A stretch of 64,000 nt of DNA from the human T2T-CHM13v2.0 reference genome, Homo sapiens (GCF_009914755.1 NC_060939.1), one strand, 5' to 3'; positions 1 through 14,000 are shown, counted from the first letter of the stretch. Notes: generated by a model from the letters alone, not told the origin. Numbers and translations are program-made.

Positions 1-3000
1 TCTATTACTTTCATTTCCATTCAGTTCCATTCCATTTGATTCCATTCCACTCGGTTTCACTCCATTTGAGTCCATTCCATTCCATTCCATTCCATTCCAT
101 TCCATTCCATTCTGTTCCATTCCATTCCATTCCATTCTATTGGGTACCATTCCATATTGTTCCATTCGATTCCATTCGAATCCATTCCATTCCAGTCCAT
201 TCCATTCGATTCCATTCCATTCCATTCGATTCCACTTGATTCCACTCCATTCCCTTCCACTGCATTCCATTCGATTCCATTCCATTGCATTGCATTCCAT
301 TCCATTGGATTGCATTCCATTCGATTCCATTCCATTCGAATCAATTACATAGCAATCCATTACATTCGAGTCTGTTCTATTCCGTTCCATTCGATTTCGG
401 TCCAATCCATTCGATTCCATTCCATTCGATTCCATTCCATACTATTGCATTCCATTCGATTAAATTATACTCGAATAAATTCCATTCAAGACCATTTCTG
501 TTGAGTCCATTCTACTTGAGTCCATTCCCTTTGATTCCATAACATTTGAGTCCATTCAATTCCATTCCTTTCGTTTCCATTCCATTTGATGCCATTCCAT
601 TCAATTCTGTTCTACTCGACTGCAATACATTCAATTCCATTCCATCCGATTCCATTACATTCTTTTCATTTCTTATCCATTTCAAGCCATTCCATTCCAT
701 TCCATTCCATTCCACTCGTTTCCTTTCCATTCGAGTCCATTCCACTCCAGTCCATTCCATTCGAATCCATTTCACTCCAGTCCATTCCATTCGAATCCAT
801 TTCACTCCAGTCCATTAAATTCGAGTACATTCCATTCCATTCTATTCAATGCCATTCCATTCGATTCTATTCCATTCGACACCATTCCTTTCCATTCCGT
901 TCCATCCGATTCCATTCCATTGTATTCCATTCAATTCCATTCCATTGCATTCCATTCGTTTCCATTCCATTCGAATTCATTCCACTCAAGTCCATTCCAT
1001 TCGAGTCCATTCCATTCGATATCATTCCATACTATTGCATTCCATTCGATTCCATTGTTTTCCAATAAATTCCAACCGAGACCATTCCTTTCGTGTCCAT
1101 TCTATTTGACTGCATTCCATTTGAGTCCATTAAATTTCTGCACATTCCATTCCTTTCCATTCCATTCCATTCCATTCCTTTTGGTGCCATTCCATTCCAC
1201 TCTAATCCATTCAAGTCCATTCCATTTGAGTCCATTCCATTGATTCGATGCCATGACATTCAATTCTATTCCATTCGACTCCATTCCATTCCATTCCCTT
1301 CCAAACGATTCCATTCCATTCTATTACTTTCTATTCCAATCCATTCCATTCCGTTCCATTGGTTTCCATTCCATTCGAGTCCACTCCATTCCAGTCCATT
1401 CCATTCGAGTCCATTCCATTCCAGTCCATTCCATTCAAGTCCATTCCACTCCATTCCATTCCATTCGATATCTTTCGATAACACCCCATTCCATTCTGCT
1501 CCTTACTATTCAATTCAATTCCATTCCATTTGATTCCATTCCATTTGATTACATTCCATTCGACTCCATTCCATTCGACTCTATTCCATTCGAGTCCATT
1601 CCATTCCATTCCATTGCATTCCGTTCGAATCCCTATTCCATTCCATTTTGTTACTGTCCATTCCATTTGAGTCCATTCCATGACAAACCATTCCATTCGA
1701 TTCCATTCCAATAGATTCCATTGCACTCGAATCCAGTGCGTTCCATTCCATTGCTTTCCATTCTATTACATTCCATTGCATTACATTCCATTCCATTTGA
1801 TTGCATTCCATTCAATTCCATTAATTTCGAATCAATTACATTGCAATCCATTGCATTCGAGTTCTATTCCAGTCCATTGCATTCCGGCGCATGCCGTTCC
1901 ATTCCATTCCATTCGCTTCCGTTCCATTCGAATCGATTGCATTGCAATGCTTTACATTCGAGTCCGTTTTATTCCAGTCCAATCCATTCCGGTCCATTCC
2001 GTTCGATTCCATTCCATTCGATGCCACTCCATACTATTGTATTTCATTCGATTCCATTCTATTCAAATAAATTCCATTCGAGACCATTCCTTTCGAGTCC
2101 ATTCTATTTGAGTCCATTCCATTCGAGTCCATTATATTTGGGTCCATTCCATTCAATTCCATTGCAATCGATTCCATTCGATGTCACTCCATTCATTTCT
2201 ATTCCATTAGAGTCCATGTCATTCGAGACCATTCCATTCTATTCTATTCCACTCCATTCCGTTCCATTCCACTCCATTCCATTCGTTGCCGTTCCATTCA
2301 ATTCTATTATATTCCACCCATTTAATTCCATTCCATTCCATTCCATTCTATCCAATTCCGTTCCATTCTATTCCTTTAAACTCCATTCCATTCCATTCCA
2401 TTCGTTTCCATTCCATTCGAGTAAATCCACTCCAGTCCTTTCCATTCGAGTCCATTCCTCTCCAGTCCATTCCGTTCAATCCATTCCATTCCAGTCCATT
2501 CCATTCGAGTCCGTTCCATTCCAGTCCATTCCATTCAAGTCAGTTCCATTCCATTCGATATCTTTCCATAACGATCCATTCCATTCTATTCCTTTCGATT
2601 CCATTCAATTCCATTCCATTCTATTTCATTCCATTCGATTCCCTTCCATTGGACTCCTTTCCATTCGAGTGCATTCCATTCCGTTCCATTTCTTTGTGTT
2701 CTGTATGATTCCTACCGTTCGATTTCATTTTGTTCCAGTCTATTCCTTTCAAGTCCATTCCATTCCATTTCACTCCATTCGATTCCATTCCACTCGATTC
2801 CACTCCGTTCCATTTCATTGCATTCCATTCTATTCAATTCTATTGCATTCCGCTCCATTCCATTTGATTACATTTCATGCGATTCCATTCGAATTCGAAT
2901 CAATTACATTGCAATCCATTACTATTGAGTCCGTTTTATTCCAGTCCACTCCATTCTGCTCCATTCCATTTGATTCCATTCCATTCTATTCCATTCCGTG

Positions 3001-6000
3001 CAGTTGCATTACATTGGATTCCATTCTATATCTCTAAATGCAACTCGAGACCATTGCTTTTTAGTCCATTCTATATGATTCCATTCCATTCAAGTCCATT
3101 ACATTTGGTTCAATTCCATTCCATTCCATTCCCTTCCATTCCATTCCATTTGATATCAATCCATTCGATTCCATTCCATTCGAGCACATTCCATTCGAGT
3201 CCATTCCATTCGATGCCATTCCATTTGATTCTATTCCATTAGACTCCATTCAATTCCATTAATCTCCATTCCATACCATTCTACTCCAACTGATTCCATT
3301 CCATTCTATTCCTTTCCATTCCATTCCATTCGCTTCCATTCCATTCGTGTCCATTCCACTCCAGTCCATTCCCTTCGTGTCCATTCCATTCCAGTCTTTT
3401 CCACTTGTGTCCACTGCATTCCATTCCACTCCATTCCATATTATTCCATTACACTCCATTCCATTCTATTACTTTCATTTCCATTCAGTTCCATTCCATT
3501 TGATTCCATTCCACTCGGTTTCACTCCATTTGAGTCCATTCCATTCCATTCCATTCCATTCCATTCCATTCCATTCCATTCCATTCTGTTCCATTCCATT
3601 CCATTCCATTCTATTGGGTACCATTCCATATTGTTCCATTCGATTCCATTCGAATCCATTCCATTCCAGTCCATTCCATTCGATTCCATTCCATTCCTTT
3701 CAATTCCATTCCATTCCTTTCGACTCCACTTGATTCCACTCCATTCCCTTCCACTGCATTCCATTCGATTCCATTCCATTGCATTGCATTCCATTCCATT
3801 GGATTGCATTCCATTCGATTCCATTCCATTCGAATCAATTACATAGCAATCCATTACATTCGAGTCTGTTCTATTCCGTTCCATTCGATTTCGTTCCAAT
3901 CCATTCGATTCCATTCCATTCGATTCCATTCCATACTATTGCATTCCATTCGATTAAATTATACTCCAATAAATTCCATTCAAGACCATTTCTGTTGAGT
4001 CCATTCTACTTGAGTCCATTCCCTTTGATTCCATAACATTTGAGTCCATTCAATTCCATTCCTTTCGTTTCCATTCCATTTGATGCCATTCCATTCAATT
4101 CTGTTCTACTCGACTCCAATACATTCAATTCCATTCCATCCGATTCCATTACATTCTTTTCATTTCTTATCCATTTCAAGCCATTCCATTCCATTCCATT
4201 CCATTCCATTCCACTCGTTTCCTTTCCATTCGAGTCCATTCCACTCCAGTCCATTCCATTCGAATCCATTTCACTCCAGTCCATTCCATTCGAATCCATT
4301 TCACTCCAGTCCATTAAATTCGAGTACATTCCATTCCATTCTATTCAATGCCATTCCATTCGATTCTATTCCATTCGACACCATTCCTTTCCATTCCGTT
4401 CCATCCGATTCCATTCCATTGTATTCCATTCAATTCCATTCCATTGCATTCCATTCGTTTCCATTCCATTCGAATTCATTCCACTCAAGTCCATTCCATT
4501 CGAGTCCATTCCATTCGATATCATTCCATACTATTGCATTCCATTCGATTCCATTGTTTTCCAATAAATTCCAACCGAGACCATTCCTTTCGTGTCCATT
4601 CTATTTGACTGCATTCCATTTGAGTCCATTAAATTTCTGCACATTCCATTCCTTTCCATTCCATGCCATTCCATTCCTTTCGGTGCCATTCCATTCCACT
4701 CTAATCCATTCAAGTCCATTCCATTTGAGTCCATTCCATTGATTCGATGCCATTACATTCAATTCTATTCCATTCGACTCCATTGCATTCCATTCCCTTC
4801 CAAACGATTCCATTCCATTCTATTACTTTCTATTCCAATCCATTCCATTCCGTTCCATTCGTTTCCATTCCATTCGAGTCCACTCCATTCCAGTCCATTC
4901 CATTCGAGTCCATTCCATTCCAGTCCATTCCATTCAAGTCCATTCCACTCCATTCCATTCCATTCGATATCTTTCGATAACACCCCATTCCATTCTGCTC
5001 CTTACTATTCAATTCAATTCCATTCCATTTGATTCCATTCCATTTGATTACATTCCATTCGACTCCATTCCATTCGACTCTATTCCATTCGAGTCCATTC
5101 CATTCCATTCCATTGCATTCCGTTCGAATCCGTATTCCATTCCATTTTGTTACTGTCCATTCCATTTGAGTCCATTCCATGCCAAACCATTCCATTCGAT
5201 TCCATTCCAATAGATTCCATTGCACTCGAATCCAGTGCGTTCCATTCCATTGCTTTCCATTCTATTACATTCCATTGCATTACATTCCATTCCATTTGAT
5301 TGCATTCCATTCAATTCCATTAATTTCGAATCAATTACATTGCAATCCATTGCATTCGAGTTCTATTCCAGTCCATTGCATTCCGGCGCATGCCGTTCCA
5401 TTCCATTCCATTCGCTTCCGTTCCATTCGAATCGATTGCATTGCAATGCTTTACATTCGAGTCCGTTTTATTCCAGTCCAATGCATTCCGGTCCATTCCG
5501 TTCGATTCCATTCCATTCGATGCCACTCCATACTATTGTATTTCATTCGATTCCATTCTATTCAAATAAATTCCACTCGAGACCATTCCTTTCGAGTCCA
5601 TTCTATTTGAGTCCATTCCATTCGAGTCCATTATATTTGGGTCCATTCCATTCAATTCCATTGCAATCGATTCCATTCGATGTCACTCCATTCATTTCTA
5701 TTCCATTAGAGTCCATGTCATTCGAGTCCATTCCATTCTATTCTATTCCACTCCATTCCATTCCATTCCACTCCATTCCATTCGTTGCCGTTCCATTCAA
5801 TTCTATTATATTCCACTCCATTTAATTCCATTCCATTCCATTCCATTCCATTCTATCCAATTCCGTTCCATTCTATTCCTTTAAACTCCATTCCATTCCA
5901 TTCCATTCATTTCCATTCCATTCGAGTAAAGTCCACTCCAGTCCTTTCCATTCGAGTCCATTCCTCTCCAGTCCATTCCGTTCAATCCATTCCATTCCAG

Positions 6001-9000
6001 TCCATTCCATTCGAGTCCGTTCCATTCCAGTCCATTCCATTCGAGTCAATTCCATTCCATTCGATATCTTTCCATAACGATCCATTCCATTCTATTCCTT
6101 TCGATTCCATTCAATTCCATTCCATTCTATTTCATTCCATTCGATTCCCTTCCATTGGACTCCTTTCCATTCGAGTGCATTCCATTCCGTTCCATTTCTT
6201 TCTGTTCTGTATGATTCCTACCGTTCGATTTCATTTTGTACCAGTCTATTCCTTTCAAGTCCATTCCATTCCATTTCACTCCATTCGATTCCATTCCACT
6301 CGATTCCACTCCGTTCCATTTCATTGCATTCCATTCTATTCAATTCTATTGCATTCCACTCCATTCCATTAGATTACATTCCATGCGATTCCATTCGAAT
6401 TCGAATCAATTACATTGAAATCCATTACTATTGAGTCCGTTTTATTCCAGTCCACTCCATTCTGCTCCATTCCATTTGATTCCATTCCATTCTATTCCAT
6501 TCCGTGCAGTTGCATTCCATTGGATTCCATTCTATATCTATAAATGCAACTCGAGACCATTGCTTTTGAGTCCATTCTATATGATTCCATTCCATTCAAG
6601 TCCATTACATTTGGTTCAATTCCATTCCATTCGAGCACATTCCATTCGAGTCCATTCCATTCGATGCCATTCCATTTGATTCTATTCCATTAGACTCCAT
6701 TCAATTCCATTAATCTCCATTCCATTCCATTCTACTCCAACTGATTCCATTCCATTCTATTCCTTTCCATTCCATTCCATTCCATTCCATTCGCTTCCAT
6801 TCCATTCGTGTCCATTCCACTCCAGTCCATTCCCTTCGTGTCCATTCCATTCCAGTCCATTCCATTTGTGTCCACTGCATTCCATTCCACTCCATTCCAT
6901 ATTATTCCATTACACTCCATTCCATTCTATTACTTTCATTTCCATTCAGTTCCATTCCATTTGATTCCATTCCACTCGGTTCCACTCCATTTGAGTCCAT
7001 TCCATTCCATTCCATTCCATTCCATTCCATTCCATTCCATTCTGTTCCATTCCATTCCATTCCATTCTATTGCGTACCATTCCATATTGTTCCATTCGAT
7101 TCCATTCGAATCCATTCCATTCCAGTCCATTCCATTCGATTCCATTCCATTCCTTTCAATTCCATTCCATTCCTTTCGACTCCACTTGATTCCACTCCAT
7201 TCCCTTCCACTGCATTCCATTCGATTCCATTCCATTGCATTGCATTCCATTCCATTGGATTGCATTCCATTCGATTCCATTCCATTCGAATCAATTACAT
7301 AGCAATCCATTACATTCGAGTCTGTTCTATTCCGTTCCATTCGATTTCGTTCCAATCCATTCGATTCCATTCCATTCGATTCCATTCCATACTATTGCAT
7401 TCCATTCGATTAAATTATACTCCAATAAATTCCATTCAAGACCATTTCTGTTGAGTCCATTCTACTTGAGTCCATTCCCTTTGATTCCATAACATTTGAG
7501 TCCATTCAATTCCATTCCTTTTGTTTCCATTCCATTTGATGCCATTGCATTCAATTCTGTTCTACTCGACTCCAATACACTCAATTCCATTCCATCCGAT
7601 TCCATTACATTCTTTTCATTTCTTATCCATTTCAAGCCATTCCATTCCATTCCATTCCATTCCACTCGTTTCCTTTCCATTCGAGTCCATTCCACTCCAG
7701 TCCATTCCATTCGAATCCATTTCACTCCAGTCCATTCCATTCGAATCCATTTCACTCCAGTCCATTAAATTCGATTACATTCCATTCCATTCTATTCAAT
7801 GGCATTCCATTCGATTCTATTCCATTCGACACCATTCCTTTCCATTCCGTTCCATCCGATTCCATTCCATTGTATTCCATTCAATTCCATTCCATTGCAT
7901 TCCATTCGTTTCCATTCCATTCGAATTCATTCCACTCAAGTCCATTCCATTCGAGTCCATTCCATTCGATATCATTCCATACTATTGCATTCCATTCGAT
8001 TCCATTGTTTTCCAATAAATTCCAACCGAGACCATTCCTTTCGTGTCCATTCTATTTGACTGCATTCCATTTGAGTCCATTAAATTTCTGCACATTCCAT
8101 TCCTTTCCATTCCATGCCATTCCATTCCTTTCGGTGCCATTCCATTCCACTCTAATCCATTCAAGTCCATTCCATTTGAGTCCATTCCATTGATTCGATG
8201 CCATTACATTCAATTCTATTCCATTCGACTCCATTGCATTCCATTCCCTTCCAAACGATTCCATTCCATTCTATTACTTTCTATTCCAATCCATTCCATT
8301 CCGTTCCATTCGTTTCCATTCCATTCGAGTCCACTCCATTCCAGTCCATTCCATTCGAGTCCATTCCATTCCAGTCCATTCCATTCAAGTCCATTCCATT
8401 CCAGTCCATTCCATTCAAGTCCATTACACTCCATTCCATTCCATTCGATATCTTTCGATAACACCCCATTCCATTCTGCTCCTTACTATTCAATTCAATT
8501 CCATTCCATTTGATTCCATTCCATTTGATTCCATTCCATTCGACTCCATTCCATTCGACTCTATTCCATTCGAGTCCATTCCATTCCATTCCATTGCATT
8601 CCGTTCGAATCCCTATTCCATTCCATTTTGTTACTGTCCATTCCATTTGAGTCCATTCCATGCCAAACCATTCCATTCGATTCCATTCCAATAGATTCCA
8701 TTGCACTGGAATCCAGTGCGTTCCATTCCATTGCTTTCCATTCTATTACATTCCATTGCATTACATTCCATTCCATTTGATTGCATTCCATTCAATTCCA
8801 TTAATTTCGAATCAATTACATTGCAATCCATTGCATTCGAGTTCTATTCCAGTCCATTGCATTCCGGCGCATGCCGTTCCATTCCATTCCATTCGCTTCC
8901 GTTCCATTCGAATCGATTGCATTGCAATGCTTTACATTCGAGTCCGTTTTATTCCAGTCCAATCCATTCCGGTCCATTCCGTTCGATTCCATTCCATTCG

Positions 9001-11000
9001 ATGCCACTCCATACTATTGTATTTCATTCGATTCCATTCTATTCAAATAAATTCCACTCGAGACCATTCCTTTCGAGTCCATTCTATTTGAGTCCATTCC
9101 ATTCGAGTCCATTATATTTGGGTCCATTCCATTCAATTCCATTGCAATCCATTCCATTCGATGTCACTCCATTCATTTCTATTCCATTAGAGTCCATGTC
9201 ATTCGAGTCCATTCCATTCTATTCTATTCCACTCCACTCCATTCCATTCCACTCCATTCCATTCGTTGCCGTTCCATTCAATTCTATTATATTCCACTCC
9301 ATTTAATTCCATTCCATTCCATTCCATTCCATTCTATCCAATTCCGTTCCATTCTATTCCTTTAAACTCCATTCCATTCCATTCCATTCATTTCCATTCC
9401 ATTCGAGTAAAGTCCACTCCAGTCCTTTCCATTCGAGTCCATTCCTCTCCAGTCCATTCCGTTCAATCCATTCCATTCCAGTCCATTCCATTCGAGTCCG
9501 TTCCATTCCAGTCCATTCCATTCGAGTCAATTCCATTCCATTCGATATCTTTCCATAACGATCCATTCCATTCTATTCCTTTCGATTCCATTCAATTCCA
9601 TTCCATTCTATTTCATTCCATTCGATTCCCTTCCATTGGACTCCTTTCCATTCGAGTGCATTCCATTCCGTTCCATTTCTTTCTGTTCTGTATGATTCCT
9701 ACCGTTCGATTTCATTTTGTTCCAGTCTATTCCTTTCAAGTCCATTCCATTCCATTTCACTCCATTCGATTCCATTCCACTCGATTCCACTCCGTTCCAT
9801 TTCATTGCATTCCATTCTATTCAATTCTATTGCATTCCACTCCATTCCATTTGATTACATTCCATGCGATTCCATTCGAATTCGAATCAATTACATTGAA
9901 ATCCATTACTATTGAGTCCGTTTTATTCCAGTCCACTCCATTCTGCTCCATTCCATTTGATTCCATTCCATTCTATTCCATTCCGTACAGTTGCATTCCA
10001 TTGGATTCCATTCTATATCTATAAATGCAACTCGAGACCATTGCTTTTGAGTCCATTCTATATGATTCCATTCCATTCAAGTCCATTACATTTGTTCCAA
10101 TTCCATTCCATTCCATTCCCTTCCATTCCATTCCATTTGATATCAATCCATACGATTCCATTCCATTCGAGCACATTCCATTCGAGTCCATTCCATTCGA
10201 TGCCATTCCATTTGATTCCATTCCATTAGACTCCATTCAATTCCATTAATCTCCATTCCATTCCATTCTACTCCAACTGATTCCATTCCATTCTATTCCT
10301 TTCCATTCCATTCATTCCATTCCATTCGCTTCCATTCCATTCGTGTCCATTCCACTCCAGTCCATTCCCTTCGTGTCCATTCCATTCCAGTCCATTCCAT
10401 TTGTGTCCACTGCATTCCATTCCACTCCATTCCATATTATTCCATTACACTCCATTCCATTCTATTACTTTCATTTCCATTCAGTTCCATTCCATTTGAT
10501 TCCATTCCACTCGGTTTCACTCCATTTGAGTCCATTCCATTCCATTCCATTCCATTCCATTCCATTCTGTTCCATTCCATTCCATTCCATTCTATTGGGT
10601 ACCATTCCATATTGTTCCATTCGAATCCATTCCATTCCAGTCCATTCCATTCGATTCCATTCCATTCCTTTCAATTCCATTCCATTCCTTTCGACTCCAC
10701 TTGATTCCACTCCATTCCCTTCCACTGCATTCCATTCGATTCCATTCCATTGCATTGCATTCCATTCCATTGGATTGCATTCCATTCGATTCCATTCCAT
10801 TCGAATCAATTACATAGCAATCCATTACATTCGAGTCTGTTCTATTCCGTTCCATTCGATTTCGTTCCAATCCATTCGATTCCATTCCATTCGATTCCAT
10901 TCCATACTATTGCATTCCATTCGATTAAATTATACTCGAATAAATTCCATTCAAGACCATTTCTGTTGAGTCCATTCTACTTGAGTCCATTCCCTTTGAT
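1..11000 (+). repeat. Unit sub-family A (first ~3 units), more divergent from each other and from downstream units
   Basis: Diagnostic alleles are ctattgcatt...gttttccaat, gatatctttcgat, ccttactatt, tttaaactcc, caactcgagacc and tttcattgca. Downstream units carry ctattgaatt...gttttcgaat, gatatccttcgat, ccttaatatt, tttaaagtcc, caacttgagacc and tttcactgca. Confidence 0.85.
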
Positions 11001-14000
11001 TCCATAACATTTGAGTCCATTCAATTCCATTCCTTTCGTTTCCATTCCATTTGATGCCATTCCATTCAATTCTGTTCTACTCGACTCCAATACATTCAAT
11101 TCCATTCCATCCGATTCCATTACATTCTTTTCATTTCTTATCCATTTCAAGCCATTCCATTCCATTCCATTCCATTCCACTCGTTTCCTTTCCATTCGAG
11201 TCCATTCCACTCCAGTCCATTCCATTCGAATCCATTTCACTCCAGTCCATTCCATTCGAATCCATTTCACTCCAGTCCATTAAATTGGAGTACATTCCAT
11301 TCCATTCTATTCAATGCCATTCCATTCGATTCTATTCCATTCGACACCATTCCTTTCCATTCCGTTCCATCCGATTCCATTCCATTGTATTCCATTCAAT
11401 TCCATTCCATTGCATTCCATTCGTTTCCATTCCATTCGAATTCATTCCACTCAAGTCCATTCCATTCGAGTCCATTCCATTCGATATCATTCCATACTAT
11501 TGAATTCCATTCGATTCCATTGTTTTCGAATAAATTCCAACCGAGACCATTCCTTTCGTGTCCATTCTATTTGACTGCATTCCATTTGAGTCCATTAAAT
11601 TTCTGCACATTCCATTCCTTTCCATTGCATTCCATTCCATTCCTTTCGGTGCCATTCCATTCCACTCTAATCCATTCAAGTCCATTCCATTTGAGTCCAT
11701 TCCATTGATTCGATGCCATTACATTCAATTCTATTCCATTCGACTCCATTGCATTCCATTCCCTTCCAAACGATTCCATTAGATTCCATTACTTTCTATT
11801 CCAATCCATTCCATTCCGTTCCATTCGTTTCCATTCCATTCGAGTCCACTCCATTCCAGTCCATTCCATTCGATTCCATTCCATTCCAGTCCATTCCATT
11901 CAAGTCCATTCCACTGCATTCCATTCCATTCGATATCCTTCGATAACACCCCATTCCATTCTGCTCCTTAATATTCAATTCAATTCCATTCCATTTGATT
12001 CCATTCCATTTGATTACATTCCATTCGACTCCATTCCATTCGACTCTATTCCATTCGAGTCCATTCCATTCCATTGCATTCCGTTCCAATCCCTATTCCA
12101 TTCCATTTTGTTACTGTCCATTCCATTTGAGTCCATTCCATGACAAACCATTCCATTCGATTCCATTCCAATAGATTCCATTGCACTCGAATCCAGTGCG
12201 TTCCATTCCATTGCTTTCCATTCTATTACATTCCATTGCATTACATTCCATTCCATTTGATTGCATTCCATTCAATTCCATTAATTTCGAATCAATTACA
12301 TTGCAATCCATTGCATTCGAGTTCTATTCCAGTCCATTGCATTCCGGTGCATGCCGTTCCATTCCATTCCATTCGCTTCCGTTCCATTCGAATCGATTGC
12401 ATTGCAATGCTTTACATTCGAGTCCGTTTTATTCCAGTCCAATCCATTCCGGTCCATTCCGTTCGATTCCATTCCATTCGATGCCACTCCATACTATTGT
12501 ATTTCATTCGATTCCATTCTATTCAAATAAATTCCATTCGAGACCATTCCTTTCGAGTCCATTCTATTTGAGTCCATTCCATTCGAGTCCATTATATTTG
12601 GGTCCATTCCATTCAATTCCATTGCAATCCATTCCATTCGATGTCACTCCATTCATTTCTATTCCATTAGAGTCCATGTCATTCGAGTCCATTCCATTCT
12701 ATTCTATTCCACTCCATTTCATTCCATTCCACTCCATTCCATTCGTTGCCGTTCCATTCAATTCTATTATATTCCACTCCATTTACTTCCATTCCATTCC
12801 ATTCCATTCCATTCTATCCATTTCCGTTCCATTCTATTCCTTTAAAGTCCATTCCATTCCATTCCATTCGTTTCCATTCCATTCGAGTAAAGTCCACTCC
12901 AGTCCTTTCCATTCGAGTCCATTCCTCTCCAGTCCATTCCGTTCAATCCATTCCATTCCAGTCCATTCCATTCGAGTCCGTTCCATTCCAGTCCATTCCA
13001 TTCGAGTCAATTCCATTCCATTCGATATCTTTCCATAACGATCCATTCCATTCTATTCCTTTCGATTCCATTCAATTCCATTCTTTCTATTTCATTCCAT
13101 TCGATTCCCTTCCATTGGACTCCTTTCCATTCGAGTGCATTCCATTCCGTTCCATTTCTTTCTGTTCTGTATGATTCCTACCGTTCGATTTCATTTTGTT
13201 CCAGTCTATTCCTTTCAAGTGCATTCCATTCCATTTCACTCCATTCGATTCCATTCCACTCGATTCCACTCCGTTCCATTTCACTGCATTCCATTCTATT
13301 CAATTCTATTGCATTCCATTCCATTCCATTTGATTACATTCCATGCGATTCCATTCGAATTCGAATCAATTACATTGAAATCCATTACTATTGAGTCCGT
13401 TTTATTCCAGTCCACTCCATTCTGCTCCATTCCATTTGATTCCATTCCATTCTATTCCATTCCGTACAGTTGCATTCCATTGGATTCCATTCTATATCTA
13501 TAAATGCAACTTGAGACCATTGCTTTTGAGTCCATTCTATATGATTCCATTCCATTCAAGTCCATTTCATTTGGTTCAATTCCATTCCATTCCATTCCCT
13601 TCCATTCCATTCCATTTGATACCAATCCATACGATTCCATTCCATTCGAGCACATTCCATTCGAGTCCATTCCATTCGATGCCATTCCATTTGATTCTAT
13701 TCCATTAGACTCCATTCAATTCCATTAATCTCCATTCCATTCCATTCTACTCCAACTGATTCCATTCCATTCTATTCCTTTCCATTCCATTCCATTCCAT
13801 TCCATTCGCTTCCATTCCATTCGTGTCCATTCCACTCCAGTCCATTCCATTCGTGTCCATTCCATTCCAGTCCATTCCATTTGTGTCCACGGCATTCCAT
13901 TCCACTCCATTCCGTATTAATCCATTACACTCCATTCAATTCTATTACTTTCATTTCCATTCAGTTCCATTCCATTTGATTCCATTCCACTCGGTTTCAC

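Noticed and set aside
1822-1834. DUX4-like site taatttcgaatca
   Set aside because: The spacing does not fit the 11-bp TAAYYYAATCA consensus.
1721-3037. 438-aa ORF and the recurring 285-aa ORFs (MHSNPVRS...)
   Set aside because: Pure CATTC repeats contain no stop codon, so long FHSIP-rich frames arise by default. The start is TTG, lengths vary with indels between copies, and there is no recognisable domain.
6536-6546. TATA-like tctataaat once per unit
   Set aside because: It is a diverged copy of the aataaat sub-repeat module, with no other promoter context.
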